NCBI RefSeq assembly: GCF_000485595.1
Contig: NW_014577073.1
Location: forward strand, 24,829-78,743
Length of the DNA stretch: 53,915 nucleotides
Source: Priapulus caudatus
Lineage: Eukaryota
Direction of reading: 5' to 3'
Shown: positions 25,136-38,300 of the stretch, in pieces
Layout: every line of letters begins with the position of its first letter
Position numbering within the stretch: position 1 is the first letter of the stretch
Made by a program: the position numbers and the translations under genes
The notes under the pieces: generated by a model
Seen by the model: the letters and a program-made list of their open reading frames with translations, nothing else
Database searches by the model: none
What the model was told of the DNA's origin: nothing

Positions 25136-25376
25136 GCTTCCGTACCGACGCGCGCCGTGCCGGCTTCCGGCACACGACTTTGTAGTGTGACTGCTTCCGG
25201 TACACGACCTTGTATCGTGACGGCTTCCGGTACACGATTCCGTGCCGTGACAGCTTCCGGTACACGATCCCGTGCAGTGCCAGCTTCCGGTGCACGATCC
25301 CGTGACGTGCCAGCTTCCGGTACACGATCCCGTCATGTGCCAGCTTCCGGTACACATCCTTGTGGCGTGCCGGCTT
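25136..25376. repeat. 30-bp minisatellite, about 8 copies (core GCTTCCGGTACACGA)
   Basis: Cores start at 25136, 25163, 25193, 25223, 25253, 25283, 25313 and 25343. Confidence 0.92.
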
Positions 25377-28300
25377 AGTTCTCGCTTAAGATAGATTAGA
25401 AATTTGTCGTGGCGTGGCGTAAGGTCGCCCGTATAGTTTGAAACAATGTAGAAGATTGTTCTTCATTTATAATCGTACTCAGCTTCAGATATTACAAGCT
25501 GCACGTACAGGGCCCTGGCTAGCGGGAGGGAAGGGGGAGCAAATGTAGGGCAGATGCCCCCCAGAGAAATATAGATACATTACATGGTCAACGGCGGTCA
25601 TCTTCCCATAACATACTACGCACGTGACTCTGCCTCCCCCCCCCCGGAGGGGGGGCGAAGTAGGTGAGCTACGCTCCTGACGTGGTCTCAATAATTACAT
25701 GTGCATTAGCGATGTCTTCCTGCGATTGAACACGACTGTGACACAGTGCGTTGAGACGCGCGCAATCGTGGAACGGCAAAGCTTTTTCGAAAAAGCAGGA
25801 AATGACGTGACACTAGCATAGTGGACCAATTACGGTGGCTTCCCGTGAGATTTCTTGCTCGAATGCGGGGGTCGGCCGCATGTGCCTCGCGCTGGTCCAC
25901 GCTTTGATCGTGTTTCCGACCCTACGTGTAATCATCTTACACCTGTGATCGCGCGTTCCGCGGCGGTAAATTAGTTTAAAAGTCGTTCGTCGGAGCGTAA
26001 AGCCCGCAGCTCCTTATACACGGACCGCGGTCGCACGGACCCCCGTTTCGCCTACACGTATACGTTTATATGGTTGTCACGTCCATATGTTGCCCAGTGC
26101 AACTCAGGTAGATACGGCAGGTAAAGCGGTAAGCGATCCGTGGTCTTATCCGCGTCAATCACGAATCCATCGACATCGTAAACGGAAGGAAAATGCTATT
26201 GAAATTTATCAATCAAGATGGCCGCGATACGCTGTTCGGCTACCGAGCTAACCAGGCGTGCGTAATCGAGAAATCGCTGAACACTATAGACAACACGGCG
26301 CAGTGTTGCGGCACAAACCTCTCGCTCTGCTATTCGCGCCTGCCACGTAATATACAACGGAGAGTCACTCTGCTCACGTCCCCAGTTATTGACAGGTGAA
26401 AATGAAGCGCCTTTGTGTTCCCGCCGCTGAGGAGAAGGGCCGCTGGCATTCTTGCACGGATTTATAAATCTAAACAAAGGTTTATCATTGTGCCTAACTG
26501 TTGTTATTAATGCAGCCTATTAGTTGCTATAATTTGACATTGTAGTGCCATATGTGTGAACTGAAATACAATTCTCCAGCGGCGAAACTTGAAAAGGATA
26601 ACACACACATACACGGGGAGCTCCCTATGCTTTCTTTAACACATTCGCGTTTAGAGTGCCAACTGTAGACACTGTAGACTGACCGATTTTCAAACGATGA
26701 AAACGTGCCGTGTGTAAACAACGTTTATAATAATATTCGAGTGTGTTTCGTGTTCGTGGCTGTTTTTCCGCACATGAGGTAACCTTTCCGAGCTACTGAT
26801 CGGCAATAGTTATCTATATCTAATATATGTGGTAAACGCGTCTCTTTTACAGATGTATTATATATGTTGTATATTATTGTATTATGTTTAGATATTAAGT
26901 TGAATTTTGGACACTGCCAAATATTATGTACTAACACATTGAATATAAAATATATATATATACGTGTGTGTATGCGTGTGTGTGCGCGCGTGCGTGCGTA
27001 CGTGCGTGCGTATGCGTGAGCGTGCGTGTGTGTGCATTATAGATATTTTGTATCCTAAACCAATATATATTAACTAGTGTGGGCGAGAGTGCATTATTTC
27101 ATGTAACACTAGCTGTACTCGGCACTACCGCGCTGCAACGCTGTTAAACTAACCATAAAGTGTAAATAATTGAATTATAAATCTTTAAATGAACATAAAG
27201 CGTATATCGTTTGTAAAATTTTATAACAATATTTCTAGTTTAAAACGCGAAAGAAGTTGTCTTATACAGCTGAATCCAATTATCACAAACATCCAAGGTT
27301 TTTACCACATGAAGAATGTAAATACAGTTTCTGCTGTTCCGTATGTTATTACTGTCTACAAATTCACATATTTTCTCTCTTATAGCGAGACGTTTTGCCA
27401 GCGTTGCTATGACGATAAATGAGAAACATTTGCACTGGGCGGATTGTTGTGTTGTTTGGACAAGTCGGGTATTTTGAAATCGGGATTTCCTTTCAGCAAA
27501 ATATTATCTTAGCAAAAAGTCGGGATACATTTCCTATTATACACTTGCATGTAACAGATCCCGACGATAACCCAAACCATTCGGTTTGAGGTACGGTGCG
27601 GCATCAACTTACGAACATAGCCGGATATATGTACCGCGTGCTATATACCATTATCAATATTTACTGTTTAAACGGATTTACTTTTCGACGGTCAGCAGCC
27701 TAGTTTGTTTTCTTTAGCAGCACATTCTAAGCTCGTGCATTATTAACCAGGTAACTGAGTCAGTTCAGTTGCATATATCATACATAATTGCTACCTGGCC
27801 GCGCCAATGTGTATACCGCGTCGCTGCTGTGTGGGGAGAATGGCGCCCGTCGCACGACGTGTACAAATATGTATTATACAAAATGTGTATATTTACTGAA
27901 TTCTATTTCATTTGTATTCGGTTGTCTGGCTGTGTTTGCGCAGTATCGAATGGCGCGCATGCAGAAGCTTGCGCGCTCGCACAACACTGCAAAATATCTC
28001 GCAGTTGGCTCAGCAAACCATAAAATGTCGCACCCCCAGCTGAAATCGGCTACGAGACGGCGCGTCAATAACTACAAGATCTGATTCGATCGAATCTATA
28101 GTAGCTACTAGAAATGACAAGACGCGTGCATAATTTGTAGAACGTTTAATCAAGCCTAGAGAAACAGCAGCACTATAATGTTAATACGATCGGGTGCTAC
28201 CGAGGTGAAATACAAACGCTTAAGTGTCGCGAGCATGCGCGTTGTCACCATAAAGAAGCAACCAGCACCTCCGCCATCAACGCTGCTTTATCAGATCACT

Positions 28301-29640
28301 AATCAACACGCGCGTATGCGTATATGATCGTATCATATTTTATTTAAATATTAATCTTAAAATCTCAATTTTACTCTCTAAATATGTTTTCCAGTAGAAC
28401 TTATAAACTTGGAATAACACGCGAAAATATATAACTCTTTGACTAGTGTTGATTGCGTCACGGTACAATTTCATTTGTAATTAATTGAGAGATTCTCGAT
28501 TGTTTTCATTAAATGATATTTCATTTTGTGATGGAAGTTTATGGTGTCGAGACTGAACGATTTGTGCTTACAACGCATAGATAAGTCGTTTCTTTGAAGT
28601 TTATATCGTATGATAAATGCTGAGACAAAATGCTCTCTAGCGTGCAACAAGGCTTGTAATATGATCACGATAAACACAGAACCTGATATTCGATAACGAT
28701 TACCAAGCGGTCTCGGCCTCGTCTACCGACGGTGATCAGTTACACATTTTAGTGTGACACACAGATGTATAAAACTTGTTAATCCGTTTGGTATTCAAAG
28801 ATAAAAATGAATTGATTACTAAAACTCACAAGACAATAAATTAGACTCATAATTAAGCTCCGAGGCCAACCACTCTTCACGATTGGGCTGGCGGGTAAAG
28901 GATAAGGCTAGGGCCGCTAAGTACGGAATTAGAATTCCTAACGATGACGAGTTAGGAGTACAATTATGATTATCGTTGCCTATACCCACGTTGAGCCTAT
29001 AACCACAGCCGCAGCCCGCGCTTGGCAGCGCATGTATTTGCCCTTCAGAGTCACCGTACTCGTGCAGCTCGAGGGCATGAATCCGCAGTGTTCGACAGCG
29101 ATCGGTGTCGGGTGCGGCTGCCTGGCGTGGAGGCTCGGCGCAAGTTTTGCATCGGTAAAGTTTACCAATTCGACACAGCGTGTTGCCATCGAGTCGCCAG
29201 CTTGGCGTGATTACGAGCATGCCGCGTCTGTTCTTGGCTTACAAAGAAAATAGTGAACAGTGGACAATTAACGTGCGTGCGAGGCGACATTTTAACAAGC
29301 TCGTTACTAGTGTCATAATTTTCCAATTTGCCGCGCGGTCTTGTGTAACTCGTGAAAACACACAATCTCGGTGCCGATCGCACGATTTTTGTTGACGGGG
29401 ATCGTAAATAAGTGCTCAGGTTACGTCGCTGTCTGACAACGCGACGATAGAAAATAGATCTCTGACTGCGAGAGTCTGCGCTGAAACTCGCTGGTTTAGC
29501 TGCTGAGCTTCAAAGATTACCGAGAATTGTTGCCGCCATTTTTATTAAATGAATACATAGAGATATAACTCCGTGAAGGGGGAAAATCAGTTGTTGCTAG
29601 CGTTCAAATTCTCCCGGTTTACGCGATTACATATCACATG

Positions 29641-30655
29641 TGCGTGCAGGTATATGTATGCGTGCGCGTATAGTGGCTGACCGCCTCAAAACATGAAATA
29701 CAGCCTTCAATGCACATTTGAAGGCTAGATGAGTGAATATTAATGTATGTTCAAGTATATAAATAATTAATGGAAAACTTGACAAAGAAATCGCTTATCC
29801 GATGTGATATGGCGTGCTAATCGCGGCATATTTCATTCATATCAAACGAGCAAATTTGTTCCGAGAAAGTCAAGTGAAGCTGACACGAGCTCATTTTTAT
29901 GTGCGCAATGAATGCAAGTGAGAATTTGCCGAAGCAATCGATGCGAAATGAGAATAACACGTCGTGAGCAGAGAGATTCGATGATAATTAGCCATTTTAA
30001 AAAACAAACATAAGTGTCTTTTCATGCGAATAGCGCGTAAGGTAATTGATTGCAGATGAAGAGATCGCTTGACACTCTACATCACTGACATATGCTCGAT
30101 ACAAAAGACTAATCAGCAAGAATTCTATAGTGCGATTGCGGGGTGCGGGGAGACTGCGGTGACGTCACGAAGCCCACGCTGCATGCGAGGCCGCCGCGGC
30201 ATGGCGCGAGAACAGTAACTCAGAATAGACATACACATAACCAACGCGGCGTAGGGGAGGGAGTAGCGAAGAGAGCGGCCACAAGGCTATGCGGGACAGA
30301 TCAAGTGGCCGCAGTCGGACAAAGTAAGCAATTAAGGGTCACCATTGATACCCGTTGACGCTATTAGCGACGCAAAAGCTAAAGTCAACGTCGACTCGCA
30401 TCAAGTGGCCGCTCGGCGCAACATGTGTACATGATTGCGCCGATAGAAATTTCGAGGTGAGTAGAGTTTTCCGTCACTGTTTGATCGGCGGGGTAAGGTT
30501 TCGTTACAAAGCCGACAAAGACGAGCGTAGTGCGCGCCCTGCCTTCTCAGCTCGGCGGCAGATGCAATCTCGCGGTGTGCCGGCCGCGGCCATATTTGTT
30601 TGCAGCCTGACCGCGGTCCAGACTAGCTCGACATTGACTTCAACGGCATGTCAAA

Positions 30656-30657
<2 letters not shown>
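29641..30657 (+). repeat. Direct duplicate (about 1 kb) of intronic segment 14613-15678
   Basis: Collinear from TGCGTGCAGG..ACATGAAATACAGCCTTCAATGCACATTTGA to GACATTGACTTCAACGGCATGTCAAAGC; both copies give the same spurious ORF peptide PAFSARRQMQSRGVPAAAIFVCS. Confidence 0.92.
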
Positions 30658-30713
<56 letters not shown>

Positions 30714-30768
30714 GGACGAACGAACGGGCGGTAAGGCGGGCGAACGAACGGACGAACGAACGGATGGA
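30658..30768. repeat. (GA)n microsatellite followed by a degenerate (CGAA/CGGA)n tract
   Basis: Directly visible. Confidence 0.9.
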
Positions 30769-32583
30769 CATATTTATTCTAGTCTTTCTAGTCTAGTCTT
30801 GCTTAGTCATCTTCAATTAAGAATTTACATTACGACATACATCACTGCAATTGTGTGCATTAATTCCCAAAGCGTTGCTGCCACAAACTACGGCTAGCAG
30901 GTAACGTCACAATATTAGAGTTCTAATGACGAGTGCAGAACTCTATGGTGCAAGCTAGTTAGATGTTTATTTCACCACCAGTTGTTCACAACAATAACCG
31001 AATCCAATAATAAAATAGTAACTACCAAACGCAAAACCATAGTTACGGGATAGATCGGACCATGTTTGCAGGCAAATAAAAAATGTTTGGAACAAGGGCG
31101 GCGCTATATATATATATATATATATATATATGTTAACTATGCGGCGCACGCGTACGATAGCTGAAGAGCGAACGCAACATGTGCGCGCGTGTTTCAGGCT
31201 ACCGTACGCAGCGGTCGGCGGTAACGCCGGACGTGCAGACGATACAACTGTGCACTCGCTGCCGCTTCCGCCGCCCCGCTCTTCCCCTCCCGCATCCACA
31301 CCGCGCCTGCTGAGCTCTCGTTGCTAGTTGCAAGGCAAAGGTTAATTCGAACTGTCTGTCTGCCAATCGGGCCGCGTTCGCGTCTTCGGACACGTGTAAA
31401 AACAGAGCATTCTTACGGCGAATACTTGTATCCTGTGCGAGCACGACTGAGACGGATAGTGGATAGGTGCATGTACAGTGACGTTATTATAATTAGGCCG
31501 CACGCGTGCGTCCTCATATCCAATGAAAATCCGATGAACTGAGAGAATTTCTGGACGCAGCGTTAATTATAATAGGAAAATGGTGGGATATGTGACTTCG
31601 CATATACGTTACTCGAGCACGTGTATTAATATTAATTAATACGATTACACTTTGGATATGTTAGAGCGAAATATATGTTGCGGGGTCTTAATTGTTCGCT
31701 AAGCGAAATATTCGTTAACATTATTACAACATGGTATTTTATGAAGATGGGTTCCTCAATGCAGTGTCTTTGCGGTGGGATAGAGCGGATTTGTGATTTA
31801 TACCCTGGCATATAACACACACAGCAATGTAACTCATTAAAATGAGTTATGTTACCATCTTTCCATATTGTATTTGTCATCCTTTATAAGAAATGTTATG
31901 TCTTCATTAAATAATTTGACCAATATTCAGGAAACCTCTAGTTTGTGTAAGGTTAATTGGGGTTGCAGTAGTAGGGATTTCTAGACCGAGTACAACCTCA
32001 TCCAATACTATTTAGCAAACGATATTGGCGCCACCTCTATTTAAAAACAGACCTAACGCCAGAGAGCCAACCAGTGGAACCAACGCAGAGATAGTGACGG
32101 CATTTTGTACCGAAACCCACTCGTGGCGCCATCGTTTGACCGAATAACGGGAAAATTCGGGGTAATGTAGTAAAAGATTTGCAGCATGTATAGCAGCGAA
32201 TTCAGGAAAAAGGTCACAGGAAATGTTGTATTTTCAATCTGGACGGGAGGACCACAAGACTGTGGCAGAGTTTCTTTGTGGCGTCGGTTGGAATATTCGT
32301 CTTAATCATCAACATTAAAGACAATGAATACACATGTAATGGCACGATATTGTGTAAGGTGTTTTCGATTTGTACATGTCATGTATTGTCAATGAATGAC
32401 TGACTTAAATGTATTTCTTTCATTGCCTTACTTTGCTTAAGAAATTGAATAAATCTTGTCTTTTTTCACATATGTGTAATGCCATCATATATAAATTGTG
32501 TTGTCAATATGTAAAAGGCATATATTGTCAGTTAATAAATGTTTTAAAATTCTTGTTTACAGAAGAAATTATGGAAGAATTTG

Positions 32584-32953
32584 GCAATTGACCAATCGTG
32601 TGCCTTCTAGCAGCCGACCAATCGTGGGCTTCGTAGCAATTGACCAATCGTGGGCCTCGTAGCAATCGACCAATCCTGGGCTTCGTAGCAACCGACCAAT
32701 CGTGGGCCCCCTAGCAGCCGACCAATCGTCGGCATTGTAGCAATCGACCAATCGTGGGCCTCGTAGCAACTGACCAATCGTGGTCCTCCTAGCAGCCGAC
32801 CAATCGTAGGTCTCGTAGCAACTGACCAACCGTGGGCCTCGTAGCAGCCGACCAATCGTGGGCCTCGTCTCGTAGCAACCGACCAATCATGGGCCTCGTA
32901 GCAATCGACCAATCCTGGGCCTCCTAGCAGCAGACCAATCCTGGAGCTCGTAG
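32584..32953. repeat. 26-bp minisatellite, 14 copies (GACCAATCGTGGGCCTCGTAGCAACC-like)
   Basis: CCAAT recurs at 26-bp spacing from 32592 to 32935 (13 CCAAT + 1 CCAAC; one unit carries a 5-bp duplication). Confidence 0.93.
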
Positions 32954-34268
32954 AATGTTTAGAATTACGCATGAGCAAAATCGCAATGTAACAAATCGAA
33001 AAAGTCGAAATTTGGTCTTTGCAATGCCCGGAGCTAGCCGCATGCATACATTCTAGTTCAGTGCTGAGGATTCGAAGAGGGGGAGGGGTCCCATGCTTGG
33101 CTTGCGTTCACTTAGGAAGAGAATTACGTTTTTATGAAATAATTCTAAGTATTCTTGTAATATTGAAACAGGGTTTGCTCAATTCTGCTCAAACTTTATT
33201 GCATTTCTCATGCAGTCACTGAGTGTGTCAGGTTAATTGGAGAGTGAGTCAAATTCAACCATGACTCAGCTCGATTTTAAGCAAACGCACGCATGCGAGC
33301 GCGCACAATTTTTTTCTGTTTGTGCAAATTAAAAATAGGCTCGTCACGAATGAACTGTATATAATTACAGTTCAGTGACCGTGTCCGGCAGTATACATAA
33401 ATCAGCAGCGTTTAGAGAGAAAATTACACGAAATTACGCCGATGACTTGCAACATTTTGTACATCACGGGTGCAAAAATGTTATAACCTAAAAACGTCCA
33501 GCCACCTGGTGGTAATCCACCGTACTAACATGTCGTGGGCATGTGCGTGTGCTCGTGACTTGTATGTATGCGAGTATGTGTACGCGCACGCGCGTGTATG
33601 TGCATGTCAGTGTACGCATAAGTTTGTTAGCGTGTGGGTGTATGAAAAGAGGAAAACTACAACAATTACTGTCTTCCAATCACAAATAATATAGTATCAA
33701 CTTAATATATAAAATTAATATATCAACTTAATATATATGTAATCGACTACTAAATACTCAGCTATTGAAAATAGTTCTATTTTGGGTAGATGCCGCAAGA
33801 ATGATATCAATTATTAAATTATGCTATTGTGTCTCTCACTTTAACATAGATTAAAATGATCGCCATATTAATTCCCATTATTTTTCATAGAAATTTTTTT
33901 GACGCAGGTCCGCACTCGGAGAACAAAATGCCCCCACTATGTTTTGTATTTAATCGTTTAAATTAATTAAATTAGTTATTTGTATGTAATAAATATATCA
34001 CTTTCAAGTAGTTTTAAAAACAAGCAATTATGTCCATGTTATTTACCAGAAATGAATATTAGTTATGCGATAAATCCACCGTTTAATATCAGTAAAAGAA
34101 AGCATGTATGGTATGTTGACCGACTACTAGAGAGACTAAGAAAGGGGGAGAGAATCGCGTGAGAAAGACGACTAGGGAGAGTGCAAGAGAGTGTTAAGGA
34201 ACGAAAGAGAGAATGAGAGTGTGAGAGAGATAGAAAGAGAGCGACAGACATACAGACAGAGAGGGAGC

Positions 34269-34310
<42 letters not shown>

Positions 34311-35394
34311 ACGCCGAGAGTACGAAGCAAAGAGAGAGAGAGAGAGAGAGAGAGAAGAGAAGAGGAGAGAAGAGAGAAGAGAGAGAGTCGAGGAGAGCGA
34401 AGAAAGAAAGACGATATAGAGATAGAAGATATATATATTAGATAATCAAATAAATAGTATATAGATAAAGAATAGATAAACATAGATAGATATGTGATTA
34501 ATATTGAAACATGTATAATAAATATATCTTGATTAAGATACATTGTTTTATACGTCCTGCCCGACTGCGGGTTGTCGTTTTGGTTCATGTGAGAGGGTGG
34601 GTGGGCATTGGCTGGGGATAGACGCGTGGATAGGATAGGCGAATGACCCGCGTTTCAGACACTCGCCTTAGTCAAGTCCTATGTACCTGTGCGGTGTGAC
34701 TCTATCTTTAAGCCCTATGATTACCATGAGGCCAGCACGCCTCATTAGCGCCTTCCTCTCCGATATACCCGTCACCCTCCCTCACCCGTGACCGCGCTCG
34801 CGAGGGATAAGCCCGCGCGTAATAAGATTCTAGTTTTAGAAAGAATGAGACAACCATGACTACTAAGGATATAGATACGTAAGATGAGTAGCGATAAAAT
34901 AAAAATGTATAGTTCCGTTATAGTATATGTAGCAATTGACCGTATCGATAGATGTTATCGATAATAAGAAGTTAAATCCATACTACGTAGATAATTAGAT
35001 AGTATAAGATATATAATCTTAGAAAATCTAGAACATAAGTAGGGCGAGCTAGAGTACAAGTATCAAAACCATCTGATAGAAACTTCCTTTATGAAACTCG
35101 ACCGATATCTATCTTAATCGGACTTTTAGAAGAGAAATAAAACCACAGTAATTCGGCCTTGTCAGTTACGTCAAAATCGTAGTAAGGTTGCCGAGCCTAA
35201 GAATTAGTGACTTTGAAGAGGTAATGACAGGGCGCATAGCGTAGTTTATGATCAGTAAGTTGAGTGCTACAGAGACATGTTCAAATTATCCAACTAATTC
35301 TGACGGATCATATTCGACTCATCATTAATTCCTACCAGTAATAACCTACAAATTTATATCAATACCCAATGGCCCGAGCAAAGTAGTAATCTTG

Positions 35395-38300
35395 TAGTTT
35401 AGGGTCAGCATAGGAGGAGTATTAGTTCCTTGGATGAAAGACTAAGTGAGGAGTGAGTCGTAGCAATATAGTATAATGTGAACTAGGGTTGGAGGGCGCA
35501 TACGCATATTGAAACAACCTATTTGGAAGCTACTTGTCCACTCCCATTCTCACTCTGTACATGCCTGCAGTATAAGACTACCTATACCCGCATATAAACT
35601 AGACATCTCATGATTTATAGGTTTAGAGAATCGAGTAAGGGGCCAGTAGAGAGAGAGTAAAAGGAGACGAGAGATGATAGATGCGTAGTAAGAAGATGAG
35701 GACAAAGCAAGAGAGAGAAGAGAGAAGAGAGGAGGGAGTGATTAGAAAGAGGCAAAGTACGAGAGAGAAAAGCTTAGAAAGGAACTGATCGGCGTACGTA
35801 CCCCACGAAGCTCTAAATCTATCTGGCCTGACAGAAAATAGGCGATAGTAGAGGTCTCAGCTAGAATTAAAGTTGACAGGTAGAGGCGCTACGCGAAAAA
35901 AAATTATGAACTAGGGTCTGAGCAATAACAACTTAAAAGTATCTTCTCCCAATGCTCAATCTTAAAGGCCGCAGGAGTATAAGTAGAGCATTCCAGATTA
36001 GTTCTGTGTAAGTAAGGGCGTGCTAGCATAGTATGGACAATTAGGGTCGGGGGGGGTCAAGCAGTACAACCTTGAAGACTCTCTCCCACGCCATCTTACA
36101 GCCTGCAGTGATAACCGTATAGCGTCGCGTATATAGTTTCGTGACATAGTGTGGCGCTAGCCTCTAGTTAAGACATGTATTCGGGTGCTGAGCATACAAC
36201 CTTGAAAACTTCCTCCCCAGCTCATCTTACGACCGCAGGAGTAACGTAGTAGGGCCGTAGATTATTTGTTGACAAAGAAGGGTCAAATATATGGGTGATC
36301 TTAGACGGTTGGTTATAGACAAGTTTAAGGGAGAGCCTTAGACCGTTATACGGCTATTGTATGTGCCAGTAAGGCTATAGACTAAGCGAACTAGCGTATA
36401 TTTTGTGGACAGTAAGGAGTGCCTACAAGTTGTGACAGTAACACCTACATACCTTATATATTAGATGTAATTCGTATGAGTTGACAACAATTACAAGATC
36501 TAAGTAATTGATGGTATATAATAGATTTACGACCATCGAAGTATTATCACCTAGAGTTGTCGACAAGAGGTAAGTGGAGAGTGTGCAGCAATGCGGTAAT
36601 TTGATGACAGTAAGAGAAGGCGCTGCTCGCGTAAGTCGTTCATTGCACCACGGAGCACAGAGTTGAAGTGGCCTCCAAGCCGCTAAGCGTAATTGTGTTA
36701 CGAGCTCAGCAGGCGCTATGACGCCGCGCCTGAGTCGCTGTACTGAACAAGAAAGTAATTTGGGAGACGAAGCAACACTAGCCAGTAACCCAAGATCGAA
36801 TACAGTTCATAGATCGGGTCATATGACGAAATAGACAGCCATCTAGACCAAGGCTAGATATGAAGCTATAGAATCGATGGCCCTCAGCTTGTGCGTGTAA
36901 ATAACCGTCGATTAAATGCAACTAAGACCCCTTAACTTCACGCCTGATAGCCCCTCCTCTGCACCATCTTCCACCTCACCCAGTCTCTCTCGCGCACAAT
37001 GTGCAAACGATAACCGTCTGTCTGTCGCCATAATGTCAGTAATAATTGCCGCAAGTCTCCCACCTCGCACACTCTAAGTGAGGAAATATAAATTAGCCTC
37101 GTAATTAATAGTCACATACTTATACGTTGGTCATTCATTCCAGTATACAATGCTGAGCCTGCGCTTCAGTAACAATCACCTTAATAGGCCCCGGTTGTGT
37201 TAATTTCTACAACAATTATAAATCAACATGCATTGAAATATTCGCTATAATAGGGAATAATACGTGTGTGTGTTTAGCTCACTGACTAGATTTCTAAAGT
37301 GCTGCGGATGCTAAATCACGGCGGCACGCTCATAGTCATATTGAGACAAGTGTCAGGTCTGCGGCTGGCGTTATCAGTACTAGCATTATACGCTCAACCT
37401 TAACACTATTGACACGACGAACCTTTGCTCCCTCCTAGTCCGCCTGAGCAGCCTGCTCACTTCGCGAATACTAAACGCCGCCCTCGACGCATTGACTGTA
37501 AACCCGTAAGGTAGATGCGAGCCGCGACTAAATCAAGGGTCTATGCTTTATGGTGCACATTCAGTTTTATAAGGTCGATTTTCTAGACAAAGGACCAGCT
37601 GCTAACCACATACTCAGCCGTTTAGTGCTGGAGCCCCCAGTAGGTAGGCGCTCTGAAATAGCCCAGTTCTATGGACAAGTTCAGGAGGACGGCACCACCC
37701 TTGTTACATTCGATTGGCGACAGTAGCGCTCCATCCCAGTTGAACGACTATAGTTCTTGCATCAATCATGAAGTATGGGGGTCTTACGGACGCGCATAAC
37801 AACGCATCTTTTTTGGTATGCACGTGGTGTAGGCAGGCGCACAGCTGACTTTCTAGAGTTTCTACGTGATACAAGGGAGTTCAAGGTAAGGAGCGCTAGG
37901 CAGCGTGCGGTAAGCGTATCGTTCACAGTATGGACAGTCTAGCATCGACTGGCTTTCGGACTTTTAGCCTGAGAACATGTAATAAACATAACCCGTCGGG
38001 AATAATTAACTTTCGCCACGTTATCATCATGCGCAGCACTACGCATACAATCATGAGCTTTCGTGAGCAGGAGTGAAATACCCTGACAGTGAGCAGTTGA
38101 GAGACGAGCTAGTATAATTCTATGGCTTAGTTTAAACTGGAACTGCGCAGTGAGTCATCAAGACAATTTCATAGGGTTTAGTTATCAAAGTCATAATCGC
38201 AAAGAATAGAAAAAGGAATCAAGCTATAATATATTCGTATATCATTGAGACAGATGTGATATAATTTACACTAAGTAATGACGATTATAGTCGTGGGTGG

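Noticed and set aside
25136..25376. CRISPR-like appearance (constant core plus variable part); same for 32584-32953
   Set aside because: The variable parts are short and related to each other, the period is only 26-30 bp, there are no cas genes and the context is eukaryotic: these are minisatellites.
25508..25679. Possible small hAT MITE (CAGGGCCCTGGCT ... AGCTACGCTCCTG)
   Set aside because: The ends match at only 9 of 13 positions and no TSD is present.
28819..29395. Cluster of overlapping 60-133 aa ORFs in a GC-richer patch
   Set aside because: No recognisable domain and no consistent exon structure.
37540..37975. Short motif-like fragments (EDG..V..DW, NN...WY, DW.FGL) reminiscent of transposon-derived proteins
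   Set aside because: They need multiple assumed frameshifts in noisy sequence and their order is not convincing; only a frameshift-aware search could support it.
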